Positions 54,992 through 64,000 of a DNA stretch of 64,000 nucleotides are shown one piece after another. Where the stretch lies: assembly GCA_013151415.1 (NCBI GenBank), contig JAADII010000116.1:24512-88511 (forward strand). The letters are read 5' to 3'. Position numbers and translations under genes: made by a program. Every line of letters starts with the position of its first letter. Positions within the stretch are counted from its first letter, which is position 1. This DNA comes from Chloroflexota bacterium (GTDB lineage Bacteria > Chloroflexota > Anaerolineae > J102). The notes under the pieces were generated by a model. It saw nothing but the letters and a program-made list of their open reading frames with translations, made no database searches and was not told where the DNA came from.

Positions 54992-55041
54992 TGGGTCGCG
55001 CGTTTATGCAAGGTCGAAAATGGTCTTCGCGCGACGCTGGT

Positions 55042-57525
55042 TTAGCACTCGCTATAACCGCAATTGATGCATTTCTTGCAGCCTTCAACGTACATCACGC
55101 TGGCCTGACCACATTCTGGGCAAAGGTCGCCGATCTGATTCAGGGGGAGCTCCATCTGCTCGGCCGGCGGCGGAGGGGACCCGGTGAGCAATTCGGTCTC
55201 CATCTCGTTTAGATATTCACTGAGCACCTGGGCGATGGCATCGGGAAGCGAGCGCACGCGACCCGCGCCGAATCCCAACGAGCGACCGCCGCCAATGCCC
55301 GCCAACTGATAGACGATCTGCTGCAGGCGCTCCGATGGATCAAGCGGGCTGGGCATGCGCAAGATGTAACTCATCAAACGGCCCAGCGCTTCGGACACCG
55401 ATGCCACATCGGATCCGGCCTTGCCCACATTCAAGAACACCTCGAAGGGTTCGCCATTCTCTGTGCTGTTCACGGTAATGTAAGCTGTGCCCAAAGGCGT
55501 GGGCTGGCGATACGTTGAGCCGCGCAGCCGGGTGGGGCGGTGCTTGCGGGTGGGCGCGGGCGGCGCCACCGGTTCACTGGGCGGGGTCAACACCGGAGCC
55601 GCGCCGTTCTGTTGTTTTTTGGCCTCCGCCACCGCTTTCGTTTCCAACACCACCTCTTTGCGACTGCCGGTCACATACACTGTCAGGCCTTTGCAGCCCA
55701 GGTCCCAGGCCAGTTGGTACGCGGTTTTTACATCTTCGACCGTGGCGTCGGGCGGAAAGTTCGCGGTTTTCGCGATGCTGTTGTCAACAAAGCGTTGCAG
55801 CGCAGCCTGCATATAAACGTGCTCTTCGGGCGTCACGTCCATGCTAACCACAAAGGTGTGTAGGATGTCGGCGGGCAATTCGCCGATGTGTTGGCAGGTG
55901 CCTGAATGAAGGATTTCGTCAATAATCCGTTCGCGTTGCTCACCCTCGATGCCGGCGCGTTCCAATGCTTTCATGAATAGCGGGCTCACATAGGTGAGCG
56001 CCACATCGCCTTCAGCTTCCTTTACATAACGAGTGTAAGCCAGCGCAAACACCGGCTCGCAGCCATAGCCTTCACACCCTGTCACTGTGCCTATGGTGCC
56101 TGTGGGCGCGATGGTGGTTTGCGCCCCGTTGCGGATGCCATGCGCCTTGAGACCGGCTACAATGGCTTCCCAGTTTAGGGGCGGCCGGCCAAAATCGTGT
56201 GAATAGGGATTGAGCGGGGTTGGAGGTTGCCATCGAAGATTTTGCGGATCATAAATCGAGCCGCGAATGGCCGGGAAGGGGCCTCGCTCGCGCGCCAATT
56301 CGATGGACGCGCGCATGGCGTGAAAGCGCACAAATTCCATGATCTGCCCGGCCAGGTCCAGGGATTCTTCTGAACCGTAGCGCACGCCCAACATATACAT
56401 CACGTCGGCCAGGCCCATGACGCCCAGCCCGATGCGTCGCACCCGATGCGCGGCCTCTTTCAGTTGTGGCACGGCTGGCACATAGGCGTTGGCTTCGACA
56501 ACATCATCCAGGAAACGCGTGGCCAGGCTCACACTCTGTTCCAACGCATCCCAATCGATTGCGCCCTTCTCGTTCACATGGCGAGCCAAATTGATGGAGC
56601 CCAAACAACAATTTTCATATGGGCCAAGCCATTGCTCGCCGCACGGATTCGTCGCTTCCAGATCATACAAATGAGGCACGGGGTTGGTGCGGTTGGCCGC
56701 GTCGATGAAAAGCACGCCCGGTTCGCCGTTGCGATGCGCATAGGTGGCGATTTTGTCGAACAATTCGCGAGCGTTCACTGTGCGCCACACTTTGCCTGTG
56801 CGCGGATTCACCAGATCGAAATCGCGGTCTTCCCGAACGGCTTTCATGAATGCATCGGTGACGCCGACCGAAATATTGAAATTCGTGATTTTCCCTTCAT
56901 CGGCCTTGCAGGTGATGAATTCTTCGATGTCGGGGTGATCGACGCGCAACACGGCCATGTTTGCGCCGCGCCGCGTGCCGCCTTGGGCGATGACGCCAAA
57001 GGCCTTGTCATACGCCTCCAAAAAGCCCACCGGCCCGGTGGCGATGCCGGCCGAGGTCATCACTTTGTCGCCGCGCGGCCGTAGGCGACTGAAGGAAAAT
57101 CCGTTTCCGCCGCCCGTTTGTTGAATCAGGGCCGCGTTGCGCATGGTTTGAAAAATGCCATCCGGGTGCTTGCCCATGTCGTCTTCGATGGGCAGCACGA
57201 AACAGGCCGCGAGCTGGCCCAACGGCGTGCCCGCGCCGGTGAATGTGGGTGAATTGGGAAAGAAGCGCAATTCGGTGATGAGATCATAAAATTCGTGGGT
57301 GACGACGCCCACTTCGCCGCCGAAATAAGATTCCACTTTGGCCACATGGCTGGCCACGCGGTAAAACATCTGCGCCGGCGTTTCCAGGGGGCGGCCATTG
57401 AGCCCCTTGCGCAAGTAGCGGCGCTTTAGCACCTCGATGCTGTTGGGCGAGAGACGAATGGTTTCGTCGCGAACATAATCAGGGTACGCGCTTTCGCTCT
57501 GTTTTGAGTGCGTTTTCGCGTTCAT
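55042..57525 (-). CDS. nrdJ: Class II (adenosylcobalamin-dependent) ribonucleoside-diphosphate/triphosphate reductase
   Basis: 827 aa. N-terminal [26 protein letters not shown], class II active-site motifs ([18 protein letters not shown]), and the C-terminal Zn motif CPECG...[12 protein letters not shown]. Confidence 0.9.
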   Translation of the reverse strand: MNAKTHSKQSESAYPDYVRDETIRLSPNSIEVLKRRYLRKGLNGRPLETPAQMFYRVASHVAKVESYFGGEVGVVTHEFYDLITELRFFPNSPTFTGAGTPLGQLAACFVLPIEDDMGKHPDGIFQTMRNAALIQQTGGGNGFSFSRLRPRGDKVMTSAGIATGPVGFLEAYDKAFGVIAQGGTRRGANMAVLRVDHPDIEEFITCKADEGKITNFNISVGVTDAFMKAVREDRDFDLVNPRTGKVWRTVNARELFDKIATYAHRNGEPGVLFIDAANRTNPVPHLYDLEATNPCGEQWLGPYENCCLGSINLARHVNEKGAIDWDALEQSVSLATRFLDDVVEANAYVPAVPQLKEAAHRVRRIGLGVMGLADVMYMLGVRYGSEESLDLAGQIMEFVRFHAMRASIELARERGPFPAIRGSIYDPQNLRWQPPTPLNPYSHDFGRPPLNWEAIVAGLKAHGIRNGAQTTIAPTGTIGTVTGCEGYGCEPVFALAYTRYVKEAEGDVALTYVSPLFMKALERAGIEGEQRERIIDEILHSGTCQHIGELPADILHTFVVSMDVTPEEHVYMQAALQRFVDNSIAKTANFPPDATVEDVKTAYQLAWDLGCKGLTVYVTGSRKEVVLETKAVAEAKKQQNGAAPVLTPPSEPVAPPAPTRKHRPTRLRGSTYRQPTPLGTAYITVNSTENGEPFEVFLNVGKAGSDVASVSEALGRLMSYILRMPSPLDPSERLQQIVYQLAGIGGGRSLGFGAGRVRSLPDAIAQVLSEYLNEMETELLTGSPPPPAEQMELPLNQIGDLCPECGQASVMYVEGCKKCINCGYSEC

Positions 57526-57705
57526 TTCAGAGATGCTCCTTGGGCGTGAGAGGTGGGGGAAAGGTAGCGGGATTGGTAATTTGAAGTTATGACTCTCTGC
57601 GCCTCTATATGTTTTTGGGGCGGAAAAATCCCCCGGCGAGAAACCGAAGCCGACCTCCGCTCCGGTTAACTCGTCAACGAGGGTGAGAGAGATTCTTTTC
57701 GTCGA

Positions 57706-58152
57706 TTATTCACGACCCATCAAGCGGTCGATCTCCCGCCGCACCGCTTCCAGGTCGGGTAATTCCATATAAACGGTGGCGAAACGGATATAGGCCACAG
57801 GATCGATGGCCTTCAGCCTATCCAACACCATGTTGCCGATGGTCGAACTGGGGATTTCGGCTTTGCCTGCTCCGTAAACATACTCCTCGATCTGCTCGAC
57901 GATCCCTTCCAGATCGGCCATGGCGATGGGACGCTTGGCGCAAGCCACGCGAATGCCGTTCAGCAATTTGGTGCGATCGAAAGGCTCGCGGCGTCCGTCC
58001 GATTTGACAATATGCACCGCCGTGCTGATTTGTTCATAGGTTGTGAATCGCTTGCCGCACTGCTTGCACAGCCTTCGGCGGCGAATGCCGTCACCCGAAT
58101 CACGCGTATCGATCACGCGTGACTGCGTGTGACCACAATGAGGACATTTCAT
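57706..58152 (-). CDS. nrdR: Transcriptional repressor NrdR (zinc ribbon plus ATP-cone)
   Basis: Start trimmed to MKCPHCGHTQSRVIDTRDSGDGIRRRRLCKQCGKRFTTYE (cat at 58150-58152), followed by an ATP-cone. Confidence 0.9.
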   Translation of the reverse strand: MKCPHCGHTQSRVIDTRDSGDGIRRRRLCKQCGKRFTTYEQISTAVHIVKSDGRREPFDRTKLLNGIRVACAKRPIAMADLEGIVEQIEEYVYGAGKAEIPSSTIGNMVLDRLKAIDPVAYIRFATVYMELPDLEAVRREIDRLMGRE

Positions 58153-58190
58153 AGTTTTATGTCTAAATATGGTGGTTTTTTTTAGCCCAA

Positions 58191-58206
58191 ACACAATATC
58201 TAGTAT
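58191..58206. promoter_or_regulatory. Candidate NrdR box (ACACAATATCTAGTAT; 14/16 match to the palindromic NrdR-box consensus acaCwAtATaTwGtgt), just downstream of a candidate nrdR promoter
   Basis: Read directly. It lies 12-27 nt downstream of the extended -10 at 58218-58226 on the minus strand, so it would overlap the transcription start. Confidence 0.4.
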
Positions 58207-58217
58207 ATGGGGAAGAG

Positions 58218-58247
58218 AGTATAGCACATCTTTCCTTGCTCCTGCAA
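58218..58247 (-). promoter_or_regulatory. Candidate sigma-70 promoter of nrdR-nrdJ (minus strand: TTGCAG, 18 nt, extended TGcTATACT)
   Basis: Plus-strand ctgcaa at 58242-58247 gives -35 TTGCAG. Plus agtatagca at 58218-58226 gives TGCTATACT on the minus strand. Confidence 0.35.
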
Positions 58248-58606
58248 AGCTCCTTTTCACAGCTTCGGCCTTTGTCTTGGCAGGCTGGCGCTGTTGGTCG
58301 CCCCCTTTCCTGTCGCCACTTCCCCTCCTGCGCCGCTCGGCCAGAGGGCGCGGCGCAGGAGGGGATTCCCGGCCCCAAGCCCAAAACATGCCCGCTTTTC
58401 CCCTCTTTTTGCGCCCAAATCGGGGCAAAAGTCGGGCGTCATGATGCAAACAAAAAGAAGCGCTCTCTTGTGAGCGCTTCTTCTAGCCGCATAACATGGG
58501 CGGAACTCATGCGCAGAGCATGTTTTTACGCGTCGCACATCGCGCGCGTCGCGCAAAGCCTCCCATCGAACTGTTACGAAATTTTAAGCTTTTTTCAACG
58601 TTCAGT

Positions 58607-59689
58607 TCAAGACGTCTGGCGACGATGGCGCGAGCGTCGGAGGAACGTGGGGATTTCCAGATCCGCGTCGTCGTAGGTGCGGGTGGGGAAATCGATGGTT
58701 TTGCTCGAGGTCGCGGGTTGTTGTTCGGAATGAGCGGCATCGAAACCCGTGGCGATGACTGTAATGCGCAATTCGTCGTTCAAGCTGGGATCGATGACCG
58801 CGCCGAAGATGATGTTCGCTTCGGGATGGGCGGTTCGACGGATGATCTCGGCCGCTTCGTTCACCTCGAACAGGCTCATGTCTGGGCCGCCCGTGACATT
58901 GAATAGAATGCCGCGCGCGCCGTCGATGCTGATGTCCAGCAGTTGCGAATGAATGGCCTCTTCGGCCGCCTGTTGCGCCCGATTTTCACCTCGGCCCGAG
59001 CCTATGGCCATCAAGGCCGCGCCGCCCTCGCTCATGATCGAGCGCACGTCCGCGAAGTCGAGGTTAATGAGACCCGGAATGGTGATCAATTCGCTGATGC
59101 CCTGAATGCCTTGGCGCAATACGTCGTCGGCCGTGGCGAAAGCCTCCTGAATGCTGGCTCGCTTGTCCACGATCTGCAGAAGCCGGTCGTTGGGAATGAC
59201 GATGAGGGTGTCTACATGTTCTTGAAGCGCGGCCGCGCCCTCTTCGGCCAGCTGTCGCCGCCGGGTTCCCTCAAAGGTGAAGGGTTTGGTGACGACGCCA
59301 ATGGTGAGCGCGCCGGTCTCTCGGGCCAGGCGCGCGATCACGGGCGCCGCGCCTGTGCCTGTGCCGCCGCCCAAACCCGCGGTCACGAAGATCATGTCCG
59401 CGCCTTTGAGGATCTCCATGAGCTCCTCGGCCGATTCCTCGGCTGCGCGTTGGCCGATGTTGGGATCGCCGCCCGACCCCAAACCTTTGGTTAGCTTATC
59501 GCCAATGCGCACGCGCAAGGGCGCTTCCGCCAGCATGAGCGCCTGGGCGTCGGTGTTCACAGCCACGAATTCAACGCCCTGAATGCCTTCGTTGATCATT
59601 CGGTTCACCGCGTTGCCGCCGCCGCCGCCCACGCCGATGACCTTGATCTGGGCCAGGTTTTCTACGTAGGGTTGTGATGCTTTGCGCAT
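58607..59689 (-). CDS. ftsZ: Cell division GTPase FtsZ
   Basis: [13 protein letters not shown] tubulin signature, the T7 loop NLDFADV, and a C-terminal variable tail. Confidence 0.95.
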   Translation of the reverse strand: MRKASQPYVENLAQIKVIGVGGGGGNAVNRMINEGIQGVEFVAVNTDAQALMLAEAPLRVRIGDKLTKGLGSGGDPNIGQRAAEESAEELMEILKGADMIFVTAGLGGGTGTGAAPVIARLARETGALTIGVVTKPFTFEGTRRRQLAEEGAAALQEHVDTLIVIPNDRLLQIVDKRASIQEAFATADDVLRQGIQGISELITIPGLINLDFADVRSIMSEGGAALMAIGSGRGENRAQQAAEEAIHSQLLDISIDGARGILFNVTGGPDMSLFEVNEAAEIIRRTAHPEANIIFGAVIDPSLNDELRITVIATGFDAAHSEQQPATSSKTIDFPTRTYDDADLEIPTFLRRSRHRRQTS

Positions 59690-59812
59690 GAATGTCGCCT
59701 CCTGAAAAAAACGGTTGTTGTGCGCCGGTTTTTGGCTGCACGGGGGAAAAACAACGCGTTCTCCCTTATCATAACCGGCGCAGCGAAAAATCTCAAACTT
59801 ATGTTTGGCTGG

Positions 59813-61027
59813 TTAGCCAGGCAGTAAACTTCGGAGCCATTCGCGTAAACGAGGCATCATCGGCGATTGGCGCCGCACGTGCTCGGTGGGCCCGCGGCGA
59901 ACCCCCCAAAGCAAGAGCCCCAAACCTGTGGCGTAGGCCGGGGTCAGCCATTGGCGGTGCACATCGCCCACGCTATTGGGAATGCCGGTGCGCACCGGCA
60001 TGCGGAAGACCCAACGCCCCATTTCCTTCACGCCCTGCAATTGCGCAGAGCCGCCTGTAAGCACCACGCCGGCCGGAAGCAGGCCGTCGTAGCCCGAGCG
60101 TTTGATCTCCCGTCGGATGAGCAGCAAGATCTCCTCGCTGCGCGCTTCCAGAATTTCGGCAATATAGCGTCGCGATATGGCTTGCACCGACGCGTCGCCA
60201 AACGCGGCCGCGCTCACCGTCTCATCTTCGGCCACCCGTTCGGGAAGCGCGTGTCCGTAGCGGACTTTGAGATGTTCGGCCGCATCCAAGGGCGCTCGCA
60301 ATCCTACGGCCAGGTCTCGCGTGAGATTGTCTCCTCCCACATCGAGCACGCTGGTGTGCCAGACCGAGCCGTTGAGAAAAATGGCGATATCGGTGGTGCC
60401 GCCGCCGATGTCGGCCAGGGCCACCCCCAGCTCGCGCTCTTCGGGCGTGAGCACGGCCTCGCCGCTGGCCAGCGGCTCCAACACAAGCTCCTCGATGACT
60501 ACGCCATTGCTTTGGATGCACTTGACCAGGTTATTGATGGCCGCTGTGGCTCCGGTAATAATGTGTGCGTTCACCTCGAGCCGATAGCCGTGCATGCCAA
60601 TGGGTTCCTGAACGCCCTCTTGCTGGTCGATAGTGAAGTTGCGGGCGATGGTGTGAATGATCTCGCGGTCTGAGGGGATGGGGATCGCGCGGGCGGCGTC
60701 GAGCGCGCGGTCTACGTCGTGGCGGGTGATGCTGCGTCCGCGAGGAATGGCCACCGCGCCCACCCCGTTGTGCGAGCTGATATGACCGCCCACGATGCCC
60801 ACATAAGCGCTGCGCACCGGCGTCTCCGCGTCCTGCTCGGCCTTTTCAATGGCCTCGGCAATGGCCTCGGTCGCGGCCGAGACGTTGACAACCACGCCTT
60901 TGTGCAATCCTCGGCTGCGCGCGCGGCCCGCGCCCAACAGGCGCAGATGACCTTCGGGCGAGGCTTCAGCGATAAAGGTGCAAATTTTGGTCGTGCCAAC
61001 ATCAATGGCGGCGATTATCTCGGACAT
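59813..61027 (-). CDS. ftsA: Cell division protein FtsA (actin-like ATPase)
   Basis: AIDVGTTKICTFIAE phosphate-1 motif, DIGGGTTDIAIF phosphate-2, and LTGGSAQLQGV adenosine motif. Confidence 0.9.
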   Translation of the reverse strand: MSEIIAAIDVGTTKICTFIAEASPEGHLRLLGAGRARSRGLHKGVVVNVSAATEAIAEAIEKAEQDAETPVRSAYVGIVGGHISSHNGVGAVAIPRGRSITRHDVDRALDAARAIPIPSDREIIHTIARNFTIDQQEGVQEPIGMHGYRLEVNAHIITGATAAINNLVKCIQSNGVVIEELVLEPLASGEAVLTPEERELGVALADIGGGTTDIAIFLNGSVWHTSVLDVGGDNLTRDLAVGLRAPLDAAEHLKVRYGHALPERVAEDETVSAAAFGDASVQAISRRYIAEILEARSEEILLLIRREIKRSGYDGLLPAGVVLTGGSAQLQGVKEMGRWVFRMPVRTGIPNSVGDVHRQWLTPAYATGLGLLLWGVRRGPTEHVRRQSPMMPRLREWLRSLLPG

Positions 61028-61056
61028 GGTTCTTTCTCTCCTACCTACCTCCGACC

Positions 61057-61935
61057 TCAGCGCCAGTAGGGTCGGCTATAACGGAGGTCCACTTCTTGCA
61101 CGGCAGCATTGTCTTGCAAAATTTGCCTGCGCATGGCCTCCCACATGCTTAGTTTTTCGCGCATGTTATCGGCCGATCCTAAAAGCACGCGCCAGCCTTC
61201 GGGGCTGAAGAAGAAGAGCCCATACGGCTCTTGATAACGGAATGTGTTCACCTCGGGCAATGTTTGCGAGATATAAAGGATGGCTTCCAACAAGGCCGAA
61301 TCGATTTCTCGATCATTTTGGCGCACGACTCCGTTTTCGTCGATGAGTTTGATCAGATCGTCGCGCGCGGTTACGGCCGGGCTGACCACGCCTTCCTCAT
61401 CGATCCAGAACGATTCGTTTTGCACTTGATAAAGCACGATCGGCTCCCGTTCGATGACCTCGATGCGCATTTCCGCGGGCAAACGCAATGTCACGTTGGC
61501 GTCGCGCACATGAGGCAGCTCTAAAACGCGCGCCCGAATCGCGTCGGCGTCGATGAGAAAGATGCTCGAGGGTGTATTGTAAGCGCGTCTCAAGACGGTT
61601 TCGGGGTTGGTGTAGCGCGCATGGCTCACCTCGGCTGCATAGACGGTGAAGCGCGGCGCGCGGACGCCATAAATCAGGCCGGCCAGGCCCATGACCAGCA
61701 TGAGAAGGGCCAAAACATGGCTGCGTCGCCAGGGATGGCGGCGAATGCGACGCCACGCTCGTCTAAATCCCGAGGCGCGGCGCACGCGTCGCGCGTTTTT
61801 CTTGGATGTTCGTAGTTTGCGAACGTCCAAGATAGCGGGCGCGGTTACTTGAAAACGCCGTTTTGGCGCGCGGCGCTTTTTTCGCTTGGCTTCGCCCTTC
61901 TTACGCGTGGGGCTTTGTCGGTAGTAACTTGGCAT
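61057..61935 (-). CDS. ftsQ: Cell division protein FtsQ/DivIB (basic N-terminal tail, single TM, POTRA domain)
   Basis: Arg/Lys-rich cytoplasmic tail, TM helix VLALLMLVMGLAGLIYGV, and a POTRA-like FTVYAAEVSHARYTNPETVLRRA. Position between ddl and ftsA. Confidence 0.75.
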   Translation of the reverse strand: MPSYYRQSPTRKKGEAKRKKRRAPKRRFQVTAPAILDVRKLRTSKKNARRVRRASGFRRAWRRIRRHPWRRSHVLALLMLVMGLAGLIYGVRAPRFTVYAAEVSHARYTNPETVLRRAYNTPSSIFLIDADAIRARVLELPHVRDANVTLRLPAEMRIEVIEREPIVLYQVQNESFWIDEEGVVSPAVTARDDLIKLIDENGVVRQNDREIDSALLEAILYISQTLPEVNTFRYQEPYGLFFFSPEGWRVLLGSADNMREKLSMWEAMRRQILQDNAAVQEVDLRYSRPYWR

Positions 61936-62017
61936 GAGGCCCTGATGGAGGGTGGGGGCGGGTTTCTTGCAACGGGCTTTCAGCCTGATGGCGCGCCTTC
62001 ACCCGATGATGAAAGCG

Positions 62018-63040
62018 TCAGCGCTCCAGCGCCAATTCGATGAGACGATCGATGAGTTGGGGATAGGAAAGACCGCTGGCGAGCCATAGTTTGGGATACA
62101 TGCTGATGCTGGTGAAACCGGGGATGGTGTTCACCTCGTTGAGAAATATCTCGCCCGCGACATCGTCTAGAAGAAAGTCGACGCGCGCCATGCCGCGGCC
62201 GTCGATGGCTCGAAACGCGTCCAAAGCCATGCGTTGAATGGCGGCTTGCTGTTCGGGCGAGAGCGGCGCAGGGATGATCTCGCGACTGGCGCCATCTAAA
62301 TATTTGGCCGCGTAGTCGTAAAATTCGTTGCTGGGCACGATCTCTCCTGGTATAGAGGCTTGTGGGTCTTCATTGCCCAAAATCGATATCTCGATTTCGC
62401 GAACATTGGGCACGGCTTGCTCCACCACAAGTTTTCGGTCGTATTTCGAGGCTAGGGTCAGGCCCGAGACGAGTTCATCTCGATCATGGGCCTTGGTGAC
62501 GCCCACGCTCGACCCCAGGTTCGCAGGCTTAACGAACATGGGATACGTCAGCGACGCTTCCAGATGGGCGATGGTCGCTTCGGGAAAGCGTCGCCAATCG
62601 CGGCGCAAAAGAGGCCGCCAGGGCGTTTGGGGCAGGCCATAAGCCGCGAACATCATCTTGGCCGCGACTTTGTCCATGGCCAGGGCCGAAGCCAACACGC
62701 CGCATCCCACATAAGGGATGTCGGCCAGTTCCAAGAGTCCTTGCAATGAGCCATCTTCACCATACGGGCCGTGCAACACGGGGAATAGCACATCTAAGCC
62801 GGCAAGATGCTCCGGCCTTGGCCAACGGGGCGCGTCTTCGTCTGCCAGCTCGCCCCGAAGCAGGCGCGGCAACGCGTCCTCGCCAAAAAGCCAGCGGCCG
62901 TTCTTGTCGATGCCAATGTGCACAATTTCATAGCGCGCTTTATCCATGGCCTGCAAAATGGATTGCACGCTAATGAGACTGACTTCGTGTTCGTCGGAGC
63001 GTCCGCCAAAGAGGACGCCCACTCGTAGTTTGGAGGGCAT
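62018..63040 (-). CDS. ddl: D-alanine--D-alanine ligase
   Basis: RVGVLFGGRSDEHEVSLISV N-terminus, an ATP-grasp region, and the C-terminal NEVNTIPGFT motif. Confidence 0.9.
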   Translation of the reverse strand: MPSKLRVGVLFGGRSDEHEVSLISVQSILQAMDKARYEIVHIGIDKNGRWLFGEDALPRLLRGELADEDAPRWPRPEHLAGLDVLFPVLHGPYGEDGSLQGLLELADIPYVGCGVLASALAMDKVAAKMMFAAYGLPQTPWRPLLRRDWRRFPEATIAHLEASLTYPMFVKPANLGSSVGVTKAHDRDELVSGLTLASKYDRKLVVEQAVPNVREIEISILGNEDPQASIPGEIVPSNEFYDYAAKYLDGASREIIPAPLSPEQQAAIQRMALDAFRAIDGRGMARVDFLLDDVAGEIFLNEVNTIPGFTSISMYPKLWLASGLSYPQLIDRLIELALER

Positions 63041-63114
63041 ATTGCTTGGTGAATGGCTGATATCCGAGGCCCACCTCCATGATGGGCCGGCCGGACAAGA
63101 AAGAGGCGTGTTGT

Positions 63115-63981
63115 TTAGATGATCTGGATTTCGGGCTCCAGCCTGACGCCAAAACGGCGAAGCACTTCTTCTTGGATGCGAGTCATGAGGGCCAGCACGT
63201 CGGCCGCTGTGGCGTCGCCGAGGTTGATGATGAAGTTGGCGTGTTTCTTGCTAACGCAGGCGCCGCCAATGGTGAGACCTTTCAAACCCGCGGCCTCGAT
63301 TAGTCGTCCGGCGTAATCTCCGGGCGGGTTTTTGAATATGGAACCCGCGCTTTTGTTCACCGGCTGGGTGCGACGACGATGCGCAATGTAGGCTTCTGCG
63401 CGCTTTTGAGCTTCTCGCGTGGGATCGGGCTGCAATTGGAAGAGGGCCTCCAGCACCACCCACGGCCTGGATGAGCCGGCCAGACGACGTTTGAGCATCG
63501 AGGTGCGATAGTCGAAAGCAAGCTCGTGGGCGGCCATTTCGACCACCTCACCGTTGCGCCAGAGACGAATGCGACGCAATGAATCGGCCGTGCATTGGCC
63601 ATGAGCGCCGGCGTTGCCCACCACCGCGCCGCCCACGGTGCCGGGCACGCTCACAGCCCATTCGAGACCGGCCAGCCCGCGACCTAAGCTGGCTCGGGCC
63701 AATTGCGCCAGGGGCGCGCCGCTTTCTGCGCGCACCAATGGGGGCGCGCCTTCTGGCCAGCGCACTTCGCGACATTGGTTTAGCAATACCAGGCCGGCTA
63801 CGCCCTCGTCGCGAATGAGCACATTGGAGCCGCCGCCTAAGATGAGAAAGGGCGCGCGGTGGCGGTGCAGCAGATCGAGCGCGTTGATCAGGTTTTCGAT
63901 GCGATGCAAGGTGAGCAGCATTTCGGCTGGGCCGCCAATGCGAAAGCTTGTATATGGCGCCAGCGGCTGGTTGAATTGCAA
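63115..63981 (-). CDS. murB: UDP-N-acetylenolpyruvoylglucosamine reductase
   Basis: FAD-binding [13 protein letters not shown]...[10 protein letters not shown] and the C-terminal GSIFKNP...AGRLIE motifs. Confidence 0.9.
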   Translation of the reverse strand: MQFNQPLAPYTSFRIGGPAEMLLTLHRIENLINALDLLHRHRAPFLILGGGSNVLIRDEGVAGLVLLNQCREVRWPEGAPPLVRAESGAPLAQLARASLGRGLAGLEWAVSVPGTVGGAVVGNAGAHGQCTADSLRRIRLWRNGEVVEMAAHELAFDYRTSMLKRRLAGSSRPWVVLEALFQLQPDPTREAQKRAEAYIAHRRRTQPVNKSAGSIFKNPPGDYAGRLIEAAGLKGLTIGGACVSKKHANFIINLGDATAADVLALMTRIQEEVLRRFGVRLEPEIQII

Positions 63982-64000
63982 TCCGTATCGACCGAATTGG

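Noticed and set aside
58160-58240. Second NrdR box expected about 31 bp from the first
   Set aside because: Candidate sequences (AAATATGGTG, AGAGTATAGCACAT) match the consensus poorly. Only a single box is reported.
1-64000. rRNA, tRNA, tmRNA, transposase, integrase and CRISPR-cas features
   Set aside because: None was recognisable by eye on either strand. A tRNAscan or Infernal run would be needed to exclude small RNAs formally.

Overview
High-GC (about 60-65%) bacterial chromosomal segment. The gene content and style (Pro/Thr-rich linkers, LysM-M23 peptidases, LCP paralogs, PKD/META surface protein, class II RNR with NrdR, and ftsA present in the dcw cluster) tentatively suggest a Chloroflexota-like organism; this is not proven. 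Composition figures here are by-eye estimates, not computed.

Main blocks in order:
(i) Partial aldo/keto reductase (not in the ORF track; recovered by manual translation), cell-wall hydrolases, and a secreted PLD-family enzyme with three tandem OB-like repeats.
(ii) ychF, an HdeD-like membrane protein, a LysM-peptidase, a PKD/META protein, RDD, adk, a UbiA-type prenyltransferase and tlyA.
(iii) Two hypothetical proteins, tandem LCP (LytR-CpsA-Psr) paralogs, cinA, a GT4 glycosyltransferase, a CpXC protein, a gamma-CA-like protein and a fructosamine kinase.
(iv) A heme-biosynthesis cluster, hemA-hemC-hemD / hemB-hemE-hemL, on the minus strand. It is interrupted by an antisense, lower-GC PIN-domain cassette.
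(v) A complete nuoA-N complex I operon with C/D and E/F each encoded as one continuous ORF (one-ORF calls rest on the provided ORF track; not re-translated here). It carries unusual intergenic elements: TTGACAC heptad tandem repeats, AT-rich palindromic GATACTGGATA-type elements, and a 24-nt motif shared with the hem operon.
(vi) A lower-GC island (about 48983-51500) carrying a translationally coupled ABC-type ATPase plus a DUF4276-like protein. This is a candidate two-gene defence module and the most interesting system in the window.
(vii) A third LysM-M23 peptidase, an ECF sigma/anti-sigma pair and a double-zinc-ribbon protein.
(viii) The nrdR-nrdJ operon with a candidate NrdR box.
(ix) The division/cell-wall cluster ftsZ-ftsA-ftsQ-ddl-murB.

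No rRNA, tRNA, CRISPR array, transposase or integrase was recognised by eye.
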